Below are positions 1 to 8,697 of a DNA stretch of 64,000 bases, piece after piece. The notes beneath the pieces were generated by a model. The model searched no databases, was not told the origin of the DNA, and saw only the letters and a program-made list of their open reading frames with translations. The position numbers were made by a program, and so were the translations under genes. The DNA is from an uncultured virus (IMG/VR IMGVR_UViG_3300008954_001678) (taxonomy: Duplodnaviria; Heunggongvirae; Uroviricota; Caudoviricetes): the IMG/VR virus record IMGVR_UViG_3300008954_001678, one strand, 5' to 3'. Numbering within the stretch: the first letter of the stretch is position 1; every line of letters starts with the position of its first letter.

Positions 1-303
1 GCGGTGGAAGTGATAGAGACAAACGCAAGTAATTGTCCCGGTACACCAGTCCTATTAGATGTTTATGTTTTACTATTGTCAGGTAATCCACTTGGACCAT
101 TTTGTCCAGGAGACCCAACAACACCGCTAGTAGGTAATCCAGCAGGAGGTACTTGGTCAGGGACAGGAGTAGTTGCAAATGCATTTCAACCCTCAGTGGG
201 TGTTGGAAATTATGTATTAACTTATTCCATGGCGGGATGTAATACAACTATAAATGTAACAGTAAACAGTGGCCCAGTAACGGGACCAATCCAACACTAT
301 TAG
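1..303 (+). CDS. 5'-truncated Ig/PKD-like beta-rich protein (Bacteroidota surface-protein type)
   Basis: Frame is open from the window edge; GGTWSGTGV...F.PS..G.GNY.LTY pattern typical of Bacteroidota secreted repeat domains. Confidence 0.5.
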   Translation, partial: AVEVIETNASNCPGTPVLLDVYVLLLSGNPLGPFCPGDPTTPLVGNPAGGTWSGTGVVANAFQPSVGVGNYVLTYSMAGCNTTINVTVNSGPVTGPIQHY

Positions 304-304
304 G

Positions 305-835
305 ATGAGGTGGTTAGTATACATATTACTACCACTACAATTATTTGCACAGGAAACCTACACCAATTGTGGGGATATTATTCCTCAAAATTATCAAGTA
401 AGTTATGATGTAGATAAAGTGTACTATTGGGATATATCAGAGGGGGAGATTATATATAATCAAGGTAATTCTATAACTGTTCAATGGCCTGATTCAATTG
501 GTACGTACATTATATCAGTATATACTACGAGATTCGGGTGTGAAGGAGACACATCCTACCATGAGGTAATAGTGGAGGATTGTCCCTACCTTCAGATTTT
601 TGTACCTAATTCATTTACTCCAAATGGTGATAATCATAATGAGACATTTTATGTACATGGAGCAGATAAAGGCGAAATAGAATTGGTGATTATCTATAAT
701 AGATGGGGAGAAAAAGTATATGAAACCAACGATAACACTCCTTGGGATGGAAAAAATAGTCAAATCGGAATATACACTTATTCTATTAGAACCCACAATC
801 AACATTACACAGGACAATTAAGTTTAATTAGATAA
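305..835 (+). CDS. Secreted protein with gliding-motility-associated (T9SS type B, CHU_C-like) C-terminal domain
   Basis: Signal peptide; IFVPNSFTPNGDNHNETF...IYNRWGEKVYE...WDG...GIYTY. Confidence 0.85.
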   Translation: MRWLVYILLPLQLFAQETYTNCGDIIPQNYQVSYDVDKVYYWDISEGEIIYNQGNSITVQWPDSIGTYIISVYTTRFGCEGDTSYHEVIVEDCPYLQIFVPNSFTPNGDNHNETFYVHGADKGEIELVIIYNRWGEKVYETNDNTPWDGKNSQIGIYTYSIRTHNQHYTGQLSLIR

Positions 836-895
836 TAGTTGATTATCATCTTTATTTTGAGTATACATTATTAATAAACCATTAAATTAAAAAAA

Positions 896-1693
896 ATGAA
901 GAAAATTTTATTAGCAGTACTAGTCTTGCTTGGACTACAAACACAAGCACAAATTTCACCATGTGACTCGATGACAGTTACCGGTTCACAGTATCAGTTA
1001 ACTATGGAAGTTAATAACATCAATACAATTATTGATTATTGGGTAACGACTGCACCAGATATGACTATATTAGGTGAAGATAGTATGACTAACACTCACA
1101 CTGTTCTCAACTCTAATCCAATGAGCTTCGTACCTTACGACACCCTTATTACTTGTATAAGTTCATCTTCAGCTCAAATTACATGTTGTGTAACTTGGGT
1201 ATGGAATGGAACAATGTGGATGAAAATGGGGCCACAACAACCTTATTTTTGTTGTGACTCAATAACATATTGGACAGACCATAGTCAAGGATTTAATATA
1301 GGACTTGACACAACAAACATAATTCACACTCCTGATTCTATGGAAGTAATGTGGGCAATATGTAATTCATCTCAATGTTATTCAGGACAAGGTATGTATG
1401 ATTATTTTCCACAAATTATGACAACAGATACAATTAAAGTTTGTTATGATGTTATGCTTTGGGAATCAGGTGTTTTAGAAGTATGTACTAATTGTGACTC
1501 ATTGATATTTGACCAAGGTATTAACAATTGGGTAGTATTTAGTAATCAAGGTAATCCAGTATCTATAAATGAATTTATTATTGAAAGATTTAATGATGGT
1601 AAAATGTATGATTTATTAGGTAGAGAAGTTACTCACATTAATGTAGGAGAGATGTACATTAGAAATAACAAAAAATACATAAGAATAAAATAA
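896..1693 (+). CDS. Secreted Cys-rich protein with short T9SS type A-like C-terminal sorting domain
   Basis: Signal peptide MKKILLAVLVLLGLQTQA; C-terminal MYDLLGR...YIRNNKK. Confidence 0.6.
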   Translation: MKKILLAVLVLLGLQTQAQISPCDSMTVTGSQYQLTMEVNNINTIIDYWVTTAPDMTILGEDSMTNTHTVLNSNPMSFVPYDTLITCISSSSAQITCCVTWVWNGTMWMKMGPQQPYFCCDSITYWTDHSQGFNIGLDTTNIIHTPDSMEVMWAICNSSQCYSGQGMYDYFPQIMTTDTIKVCYDVMLWESGVLEVCTNCDSLIFDQGINNWVVFSNQGNPVSINEFIIERFNDGKMYDLLGREVTHINVGEMYIRNNKKYIRIK

Positions 1694-1716
1694 AGATACA
1701 ACCTTAAATTATAATT

Positions 1717-1749
1717 AAACCGAAAACTAAACCCTTTCGGTTTTTTTTT
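1717..1749 (+). terminator. Intrinsic terminator
   Basis: CCGAAA/TTTCGG stem followed by a T run. Confidence 0.65.
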
Positions 1750-1761
1750 GTATATTTGTAT

Positions 1762-2238
1762 ATGAATATATTTTACTTAGATAACGACCCTAAAGTGTGT
1801 GCACAGTACCATGTGGACAAACATGTTGTTAAAATGATTTTAGAGACAGCACAGTTATTATCTACAACTCACTGGATGTCAGGTAGTGAAGGACCTTACA
1901 GACAAACTCATAAAAATCATCCATCCGCTGTTTGGGCACGTAATAACAAAGCAAACTATATTTGGTTATGTAAGCTAGGTATGGAATTGTGTAAAGAATA
2001 TACCCATCGTTATGGGAAGATACATAAAACCCAACAACACTTAGAGTGGTTAAGTAAAAATATACCCAATATACCACCAGGAGATTTTACACCCCCTACA
2101 TTAGCCATGCCTAAGACATTTATGTGTAGTGATAATTTATTAGCTTATCGAAAATATTATACGTATGGTAAAAAACACTTACATTCTTGGAAGAAAAGAG
2201 AAGAACCAAAGTTTATAGTTGAAGGTGTTGACTTTTAA
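1762..2238 (+). CDS. Pyrimidine-dimer DNA glycosylase / endonuclease V-related protein
   Basis: MNIFYLD.DP..CAQYHVDKHVVKMILETAQLLST and HKNHPSAVW motifs; ATG 1762 preferred over TTG 1756. Confidence 0.75.
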   Translation: MNIFYLDNDPKVCAQYHVDKHVVKMILETAQLLSTTHWMSGSEGPYRQTHKNHPSAVWARNNKANYIWLCKLGMELCKEYTHRYGKIHKTQQHLEWLSKNIPNIPPGDFTPPTLAMPKTFMCSDNLLAYRKYYTYGKKHLHSWKKREEPKFIVEGVDF

Positions 2239-2315
2239 TTTATTTAGGTGTATTTATAACTTGGATAAAATAAACCATAATAATTTTTTAACTACAAAGT
2301 GTGGTTAAAAAAAAA

Positions 2316-3143
2316 ATGATAAACACGAAAGATTACAATTCTCTAGTTCAGAAACTAAGAGAATTTTTTTTGCACAAAGGTTTCTTAGAAGTACCAGTGC
2401 AATCAAGACTAAGTATCCTCGCAGCATGTGAGGACCCGTTCACAGTTGAACAATTTAATTGGGCAAACGAAGTTTGGCCATTACCACAGACAGGACAAAT
2501 GTGGTTAGAATATGAATTACTTAAAACACCAGACGTTCCTGGTGTTTTTTGTATTAGTACCTCATATAGAAACGAACCTAATCCTATACCAGGAAGACAT
2601 GAAACTATTTTCCCTATGTTTGAGTTTGAAACAAAAGGAACTATGAGTGATTTAATTAGGATGGAATCAGATTTATTACATTATCTAGACTTACCATTAC
2701 CAACGTTACATAATTATGAAGACCTAGCAACCCATTATGGTGTAGACATTATAGAAACGGAACACGAAGGAATGATGTGTGAAGAATACGGACAAGCCAC
2801 AATCATCCAAAACTTCCCAGAAAGAACATCACCGTTTTGGAATATGAAACATGACAAAGATGGAATATTCAGTAAGGTAGACGTTATTCTATATGGTCAG
2901 GAAACTATTGGGTCCGCAGAAAGAGCAACCAACATAGAAGAAATGAGACACTATTTTGATACAATTTCTGACGGTGGATATAAAAAGAAGTTATATGACT
3001 TATTTGGGAAAGAAAGAGTAGAAAAAGAATTAGACGAGTACTTTGACAATGAGTTCTTTCCAAGATTCGGAGGAGGAATTGGTGTAACCAGATTAATTAG
3101 GGCTTTAAAGATGAGAGAAAAAGAATTAGAGTTAACCCTTTAA
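2316..3143 (+). CDS. Class IIb (Asp/Asn-type) aminoacyl-tRNA synthetase paralog, catalytic core only
   Basis: Motif 1 FFLHKGFLEV, motif 2 SYRNEP...RH...FEFE, motif 3 GGGIGVTRL; about 275 aa with no N-terminal OB-fold. Confidence 0.85.
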   Translation: MINTKDYNSLVQKLREFFLHKGFLEVPVQSRLSILAACEDPFTVEQFNWANEVWPLPQTGQMWLEYELLKTPDVPGVFCISTSYRNEPNPIPGRHETIFPMFEFETKGTMSDLIRMESDLLHYLDLPLPTLHNYEDLATHYGVDIIETEHEGMMCEEYGQATIIQNFPERTSPFWNMKHDKDGIFSKVDVILYGQETIGSAERATNIEEMRHYFDTISDGGYKKKLYDLFGKERVEKELDEYFDNEFFPRFGGGIGVTRLIRALKMREKELELTL

Positions 3144-3150
3144 TTCATCT

Positions 3151-3258
3151 TGTGGGGTGGTGAAATTGGCAGACACACCCGACTGTCTCTCGGGCGGAGA
3201 ATTGAGGATAAACTTTTAAGCTAACTACTCCGTATAGGTTCGAATCCTGTCCCCACAG
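3151..3258 (+). tRNA. Atypical tRNA-like RNA, GUC (Asp) anticodon, extended variable arm
   Basis: Acceptor TGTGGGG/CCCCACA plus G discriminator; D arm GTG/CAC; anticodon arm CCCGA-CTGTCTC-TCGGG; about 39-nt variable region closed by CGGAG/CTCCG; T arm ATAGG-TTCGAAT-CCTGT; no encoded CCA. Confidence 0.8.
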
Positions 3259-3456
3259 CTAATAAATAGAGTTAACAATTATTTAACGTAGATTTAACAT
3301 TAAATTGAATCCTTTATTATGATTGTTATTAGTTATAGGTATGGAAACACATAGAATAGATATCAGCCCATTTTTATACATTCTCATAATGGTGATTGTT
3401 TTTGGTTTAGCACTCTAATAATTTTCTCATTTTTTTACAAAAAAACTCATATTAAC

Positions 3457-3487
3457 TTTGTAGTTTAAAGATATTTTCTTATCTTTG
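3457..3487 (+). promoter_or_regulatory. Bacteroidota primary-sigma promoter (-33 TTTG / -7 TAnnTTTG)
   Basis: TTTG-19 nt-TATCTTTG, ending 4 nt before ATG 3492. Confidence 0.8.
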
Positions 3488-3491
3488 TACT

Positions 3492-3986
3492 ATGAAAAAA
3501 ATACCTATAAAACTTCAAAGAATAATCAAAAGAAAAAGATTCTCCTTTAATAATACAGCCGATGAACGTAATTGGAGAGGAAGACTTAAAATTAATTATA
3601 GAATAACTTGGATTGTTGCTCAAGGGGAAGACTATTACGAAAGTAGGTCACCATTCAACCCTGGGTATTCTCCAATAAGTGTTAATGTAAAAGTTTCAGG
3701 AAAAGTAGAAACCGCTACTAATCGTTACGACTCAAAGACTAACCGTTTGGTAGACCTTAAAGAAGTTGTAGGCAAATATAAAAGACAGGGTGGTACTATG
3801 GATGGATGGAATAGTTACTACAATGACCCTTATGATAGTAAATGGGGATACCAAGCACATAAAAAAGTAAGAGAAGAAATAAGAAGTCAGGTTAAAGATG
3901 ATATAAAAAATTACTTAAAGTTAATGGGAATTGTATCAGAGAATAGATATGATGGTATTCAAGTTAAGAATATAAGTTGGGAGTAA
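3492..3986 (+). CDS. Hypothetical protein (basic)
   Basis: 164-aa ORF directly behind a promoter. Confidence 0.7.
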   Translation: MKKIPIKLQRIIKRKRFSFNNTADERNWRGRLKINYRITWIVAQGEDYYESRSPFNPGYSPISVNVKVSGKVETATNRYDSKTNRLVDLKEVVGKYKRQGGTMDGWNSYYNDPYDSKWGYQAHKKVREEIRSQVKDDIKNYLKLMGIVSENRYDGIQVKNISWE

Positions 3987-3992
3987 TAGACT

Positions 3993-4064
3993 GCTCCGGT
4001 CGTCTAATGGTTAGGACGCCAGGTTTTCATCCTGGTAATCGGGGTTCGATTCCCCGTCGGAGTA
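3993..4064 (+). tRNA. tRNA-Glu (UUC)
   Basis: GCTCCGG/TCGGAGT acceptor, CCAGG-TTTTCAT-CCTGG anticodon arm, GGTTCGATTCC T arm. Confidence 0.92.
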
Positions 4065-4098
4065 CAAAAATTAAAATAATACAATAAAACAAGAAATT

Positions 4099-4293
4099 AT
4101 GGGAGAACCAGGAGAAAAAAGAATATTTTGGAGAGATGACTTTGAAGGACAACCCGATAAGGCTTATCCTTTTAGAAGTGATTTAAAAGAAACTATAGAA
4201 AAAGTAGAAAAACTTACTAATGAAAAAGTAGTAGGGATTGTCTACGATGAAACTTATACAATAGAATTATTAACAACAAAAAAAGAAAGATAA
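4099..4293 (+). CDS. Hypothetical protein
   Basis: 64-aa ORF, co-oriented, phage-like codon use. Confidence 0.6.
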   Translation: MGEPGEKRIFWRDDFEGQPDKAYPFRSDLKETIEKVEKLTNEKVVGIVYDETYTIELLTTKKER

Positions 4294-4339
4294 TCCCAAT
4301 TATCTTGGTGGTTTCATTAAATTTTCGTATCTTTGTTGT

Positions 4340-4819
4340 ATGAGTAAAGTAAAAAATAAAATATCATTAGAAGACGCAAAAACCTTATCTATCCAGTTAG
4401 TAAATAAGTTAAAACCTTATTGTAAAAGAATAAAAGTAGTAGGGTCTATCCGTAGACAAAAAAAGGAAATCGGAGATATAGATATCGTTATAATTCCTCT
4501 TCCAGAATTATTCAATAAAGTAAACCAAATTATCCAAGTAGAGTTAGGTGGAAAGAAAAAAATATTTGGGAGTTATAACGGAAGACCAATTAATTTATTT
4601 TTCACTAATAATGAATCTTGGGGAGCAGCATTGTTACATTCCACAGGTCCTGCTCAATTTAATATTCGTAAAAGATTTTTAATTAAAAGAAAAGGGTTAT
4701 TATTAAATGAGTATGGGTTATTCACGAGAAATAAAAGAAAATATCTGGTAGGAGAAACCGAAAAAGAAATATTTGATTACTTAGGGTGGACATATAAGAC
4801 CGCAACACAAAGAGCGTAA
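4340..4819 (+). CDS. Minimal family X DNA polymerase (palm and thumb only)
   Basis: VGSIRR...GDIDIV; LLHSTGPAQFN; LNEYGL...TEKEIFDYLG. Confidence 0.85.
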   Translation: MSKVKNKISLEDAKTLSIQLVNKLKPYCKRIKVVGSIRRQKKEIGDIDIVIIPLPELFNKVNQIIQVELGGKKKIFGSYNGRPINLFFTNNESWGAALLHSTGPAQFNIRKRFLIKRKGLLLNEYGLFTRNKRKYLVGETEKEIFDYLGWTYKTATQRA

Positions 4820-4842
4820 CCAAAAAGAAATAAAAAAAGAAA

Positions 4843-6156
4843 ATGAACGAAAGTAAAGATTTAAAAAGAATACAAGAATTTGTGGATAAACTAAAATCCA
4901 CCAACTCAACTAATGATAAGATTGAGATTATTAAAACGTACAAGGATGACTATCTAATTAACCAGGTTTTAAAATATACATACTCACCCTTCAAACAATT
5001 TCACTTGACAAGTGCAACAGTAAAGAAGAATAAAAAATTAGAACCTAGAGGTGGATATCATGATTTATTTTATTTGTTAGATGCGTTAAGTAAAAGAACC
5101 ATAACAGGACATGACGCAATTCAATACACTAAAGGATATATTGATGGTATGGAAGATTGGCAAAAAGATTTAGTATTCTGTATTTTAGATAAGAACTTAA
5201 AGACAAGAACGGGAGCGGACCTAATCAACAAAGCAATTCCAAAATGTGTACCTACATTTAAGGTAGCACTAGCTAACTCTTATGATAAACAAAAGGGTAA
5301 AGTTGACTTCAACGAACAAACATGGTTCGCCTCCCAAAAGTTAGACGGAGTAAGATGTCTCGCTATGGTAGATGAAAACGGCAAATGTAATTTTTATTCA
5401 AGACAAGGTAAGACTTTTGATACTTTAGATACCCTTAGAAAGGAAATAGAGAGTTTAAACCTATGTAATATAGTATTTGATGGTGAGGTATGTATTGTTG
5501 ATGATAATGGTGTAGAGGACTTCCAAGGAATCATGAAAGAGATTAAAAGAAAAGACCACACAATCCAAAATCCCAAATATAAAGTATTTGATTACCTAAT
5601 GTTAGAGGAGTTTGATAACCAAGAAAGTACACGGAAATTGAGTGAGAGATTAGGTAACTTCAATATGATATATAATGAATTAGGAAAAGATTTAAACTGT
5701 ATCAATCTCCTAAAACAATGGAAGGTTGATTCAGAAGAACACTTTCAAGCACTAGCAGAACTAGCCACCAAAAATAATTGGGAAGGTTTAATACTTCGAA
5801 AAGATGTTGAATACAAAGGAAAAAGAAGTAATGACCTTCTAAAGGTGAAGAAATTCTTTGACGAAGAGTATGTTGTAAAATCTATAGAAACATCCATACA
5901 TAGAATTATTGTGGATGGGCTAGAGGTAGAAGAGGAACTACTAAGTAATGTCATTATAGAACATAAGGGATGTGATGTGGGAGTAGGGTCAGGATTCGAC
6001 CAAGAAGAAAGAAGAAAGTACTTTAAGAACCCAGAGCTAATAATAGGTAAAACAATTACCGTTCAGTACTTCGAAGAAACACTTAATCAAGACGGATGTC
6101 ACTCATTAAGATTTCCTGTAGTAAAACATGTTTACGAAAACGGTAGAAATGTTTAA
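4843..6156 (+). CDS. lig: ATP-dependent DNA ligase
   Basis: KLDGVR (motif I), FDGEV, VFD, EGLILR, LLKVK, VGSGF, LRFP. Confidence 0.95.
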   Translation: MNESKDLKRIQEFVDKLKSTNSTNDKIEIIKTYKDDYLINQVLKYTYSPFKQFHLTSATVKKNKKLEPRGGYHDLFYLLDALSKRTITGHDAIQYTKGYIDGMEDWQKDLVFCILDKNLKTRTGADLINKAIPKCVPTFKVALANSYDKQKGKVDFNEQTWFASQKLDGVRCLAMVDENGKCNFYSRQGKTFDTLDTLRKEIESLNLCNIVFDGEVCIVDDNGVEDFQGIMKEIKRKDHTIQNPKYKVFDYLMLEEFDNQESTRKLSERLGNFNMIYNELGKDLNCINLLKQWKVDSEEHFQALAELATKNNWEGLILRKDVEYKGKRSNDLLKVKKFFDEEYVVKSIETSIHRIIVDGLEVEEELLSNVIIEHKGCDVGVGSGFDQEERRKYFKNPELIIGKTITVQYFEETLNQDGCHSLRFPVVKHVYENGRNV

Positions 6157-6351
6157 TTAAACACCATTCCACTTACGTTGATATTTGGTTCTTTGGTCCA
6201 CCAAGACATATTCTATATTATCTTTAGTACCACAATGAGGGCAGTGTAATTTTTCTAATTCATCTGCCTCATTTACTTTCCATTCTTCACCACATTGTTT
6301 ATTAGAACATTTATAAATGTATGTGTGTCGGATGAATACTTGATGGGCCAT
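6157..6351 (-). CDS. Small zinc-ribbon protein
   Basis: CSNKQC...CPHC. Confidence 0.6.
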   Translation of the reverse strand: MAHQVFIRHTYIYKCSNKQCGEEWKVNEADELEKLHCPHCGTKDNIEYVLVDQRTKYQRKWNGV

Positions 6352-6448
6352 TAGGGGTTTTTATTATAAGTAGTCCCCACCATTAAATCCCACAAAAAAT
6401 TTTAACAAAAATGTAGGTTAATTAAATTATTTTATTTATCTTTGTACT

Positions 6449-6649
6449 ATGACCAAAAAAGTATATACATTAGAAGAAAGAGTTACCATTATGTATGAAA
6501 GAATGGAAGATAAGTATGGCCCTAACAGAATGAGAAGAATGTGTAAAGATGAGTGGAATAAGATGTCACTACTCTTTGGTATTGAGAGAAAAGAAAGAAA
6601 CGAATTTAATAAGTTAATGACAGAAGAAATTATAAAAAGATATAAATAA
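6449..6649 (+). CDS. Hypothetical protein
   Basis: ORF 4 nt after TATCTTTG (6437-6444). Confidence 0.65.
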   Translation: MTKKVYTLEERVTIMYERMEDKYGPNRMRRMCKDEWNKMSLLFGIERKERNEFNKLMTEEIIKRYK

Positions 6650-6677
6650 ATTAATAACCCCCCTTAAATAAGAAATC

Positions 6678-6857
6678 ATGGCAAAGAAAAGAAAATTGAA
6701 CAGCAAAAACCCAAAGTACTGGGCTAAAGAAAAAAGTGAAGGACCTAAAATTAAAGAGAGAAAATTAATGTGTAATATTCCTGTACGAAATGTTAACAAG
6801 GAAATTATACCTGGTAAGACAATCCCAATGTACGGAGTGTGGTACGAAAATGAATAA
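6678..6857 (+). CDS. Small basic hypothetical protein (not in ORF track)
   Basis: 59-aa ORF MAKKRKLNSKNPKYW... fills the gap before the phosphatase. Confidence 0.55.
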   Translation: MAKKRKLNSKNPKYWAKEKSEGPKIKERKLMCNIPVRNVNKEIIPGKTIPMYGVWYENE

Positions 6858-6864
6858 TATAATT

Positions 6865-7368
6865 ATGGAAAACGAAGATATGTGGGTAATTTTTGATTTA
6901 GATGGCACACTTGCTAATATTGATAAACGTAGAAAACTAAGTCAACTCCCTAACAATAAACTTGATTGGGATAAATTCTTTGACCCGAAGAATATTGAAC
7001 TGGACGAACCTAATTCTCCAGTTATTAAAATGGCACAACTTTTAGCGTCTACTGGTCATAAGATAGCCATCTTATCTGGTAGAAGTAAGAGAACTGAAGA
7101 AGCAACTCAAAAGTGGTTAAGTGATAACGATATTCCTTATGACATTCTGAAGATGAGACCCTCCGACACCGCAGGCTCAGTTCGTCCTACCCACGGAAAA
7201 TTTGTATTCATGCCAGATGATAAACTTAAACAACACTGGCTAGATGAACTATGGAGAGGAAGAGATAGGAAGTCCATTGTGTGTGTGTTTGATGATAGAG
7301 ACAAAGTAGTTAATATGTGGAGAGAGAATGGTTTGACTTGTATGCAAGTTGCACCAGGAAACTTTTAA
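6865..7368 (+). CDS. HAD-family phosphatase resembling the 3'-phosphatase domain of T4 polynucleotide kinase
   Basis: IFDLDGTLA, LSGR, MRP...D..LK, FDDRDKVVNMWR...CMQVA; start reassigned to ATG 6865. Confidence 0.85.
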   Translation: MENEDMWVIFDLDGTLANIDKRRKLSQLPNNKLDWDKFFDPKNIELDEPNSPVIKMAQLLASTGHKIAILSGRSKRTEEATQKWLSDNDIPYDILKMRPSDTAGSVRPTHGKFVFMPDDKLKQHWLDELWRGRDRKSIVCVFDDRDKVVNMWRENGLTCMQVAPGNF

Positions 7369-7409
7369 AATAACTTGGTAGTTCCATTTATTTTGTTTAT
7401 ATTTGTAAT

Positions 7410-7778
7410 ATGAATTTAACTACACAACAACTTAATAAAAAATTAAAAGACCGAATCCTAAAGATTGAAGACCAACCCTACATGAAAGATACTAAAATTA
7501 GGGTAGTAAGAGCAAGACAGAAGACTCGTAGATTAAATTATCCATCTACTATTGGTACATTAGTTACCATTGAAGTACAGGCTAGGGTCAAGTCAACAAG
7601 AAATGAGTGGTTACCCTTAACTGCGTATGGACCAAGAGCTATTAGAAATTTTTTAAGAAGAGATAAGATGTTAAAAAAAGAAGTGTCTAGTTGGACAAGA
7701 TTGTGGGGGTTCCCCACTAAAGTCTCACTTGAGAAAATAAATTTAAGGACTAGTTGGAAGGATGAAGAGGTAGTGTAA
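7410..7778 (+). CDS. Hypothetical protein (basic)
   Basis: ORF 4 nt after TATATTTG. Confidence 0.65.
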   Translation: MNLTTQQLNKKLKDRILKIEDQPYMKDTKIRVVRARQKTRRLNYPSTIGTLVTIEVQARVKSTRNEWLPLTAYGPRAIRNFLRRDKMLKKEVSSWTRLWGFPTKVSLEKINLRTSWKDEEVV

Positions 7779-7827
7779 ACTACCTTTTTTCTTTTTATAA
7801 AGATTAGATTATTTATAATAAACAATT

Positions 7828-8061
7828 GTGATGAACTTAAGAAGACTATTAAAAGAATTTACTTTAGAAGAAATTAAAAGAGCTCCTTATAGAGACGGTG
7901 AAATAGTACTTGAATTTCTATCCGACGATGACCCCCCTAAATTTATTTTATACTATGAAGAAGAAGATGAAGTAGGTGAAATTGTATACGAACTAAATTC
8001 TGAATTTTTTGACGTACATATGGCTACTACAATCTTTGATTATTTACTCACCAAAGTATAA
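7828..8061 (+). CDS. Hypothetical protein with short LLKE leader
   Basis: TATTTAT upstream; MNLRRLLKE N-terminus. Confidence 0.6.
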   Translation: MMNLRRLLKEFTLEEIKRAPYRDGEIVLEFLSDDDPPKFILYYEEEDEVGEIVYELNSEFFDVHMATTIFDYLLTKV

Positions 8062-8256
8062 ATTAAGATAACTCAGACTATTTATAAAAAAAACGATTAT
8101 GATAAATTGGATTAACGGCTTTGACGCTGGAAACAAAAAAGAAAAGTATAGTTTAACCTTTAGATTGGGGACCTTTACTGTGTTTGAATTTAAAATTTCT
8201 ACGGTAGGACTAAGATTAATGATTTGTAACTTAGGACTAGAAGTATCATTCTAGAC

Positions 8257-8646
8257 ATGGAAAAATACATCTATAGAGGTAAATTAGAAAGAATTGTAGA
8301 TGGAGACACTATAGATGCGCTTATTGATGTAGGATTTGATATTTGGGTTAAGAAACGTATTAGATATAAAGGAATAGATACCTGGGAAAGTAGAACCCGA
8401 AACCTACAAGAAAAGAAGAAAGGGTTGGCTGCTAAAGATAGAAACAAACAATTATTGGAAGAAGTATCATCCAAACCAGGATATTTTAGATTGAAATCTT
8501 ATGGAGTGGGAAAGTACGGTCGGGTATTAGGTGAAATTTTTATCCAAGATAAGGAAGAGAATACGATTTGTATCAATAATCAACTTATCACTGAAGGACA
8601 CGCGTATGTGTATGAAGGTGGTAAAAAACAAGTATTTAAAGGATAA
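8257..8646 (+). CDS. Thermonuclease (SNase-like)
   Basis: IVDGDTID...RIRYKGIDTWE...GKYGRVLG...LITEGHA. Confidence 0.85.
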   Translation: MEKYIYRGKLERIVDGDTIDALIDVGFDIWVKKRIRYKGIDTWESRTRNLQEKKKGLAAKDRNKQLLEEVSSKPGYFRLKSYGVGKYGRVLGEIFIQDKEENTICINNQLITEGHAYVYEGGKKQVFKG

Positions 8647-8697
8647 TCCTTTATATATTGTAATAATTAATCTATATTTAATAAAAATATTATAACA

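Noticed and set aside
3195..3232. Intron or selenocysteine-tRNA explanation of the long arm
   Set aside because: Too short for a group I intron, not at position 37/38, no clear bulge-helix-bulge; the anticodon is GUC and the acceptor stem is 7 bp, unlike tRNA-Sec
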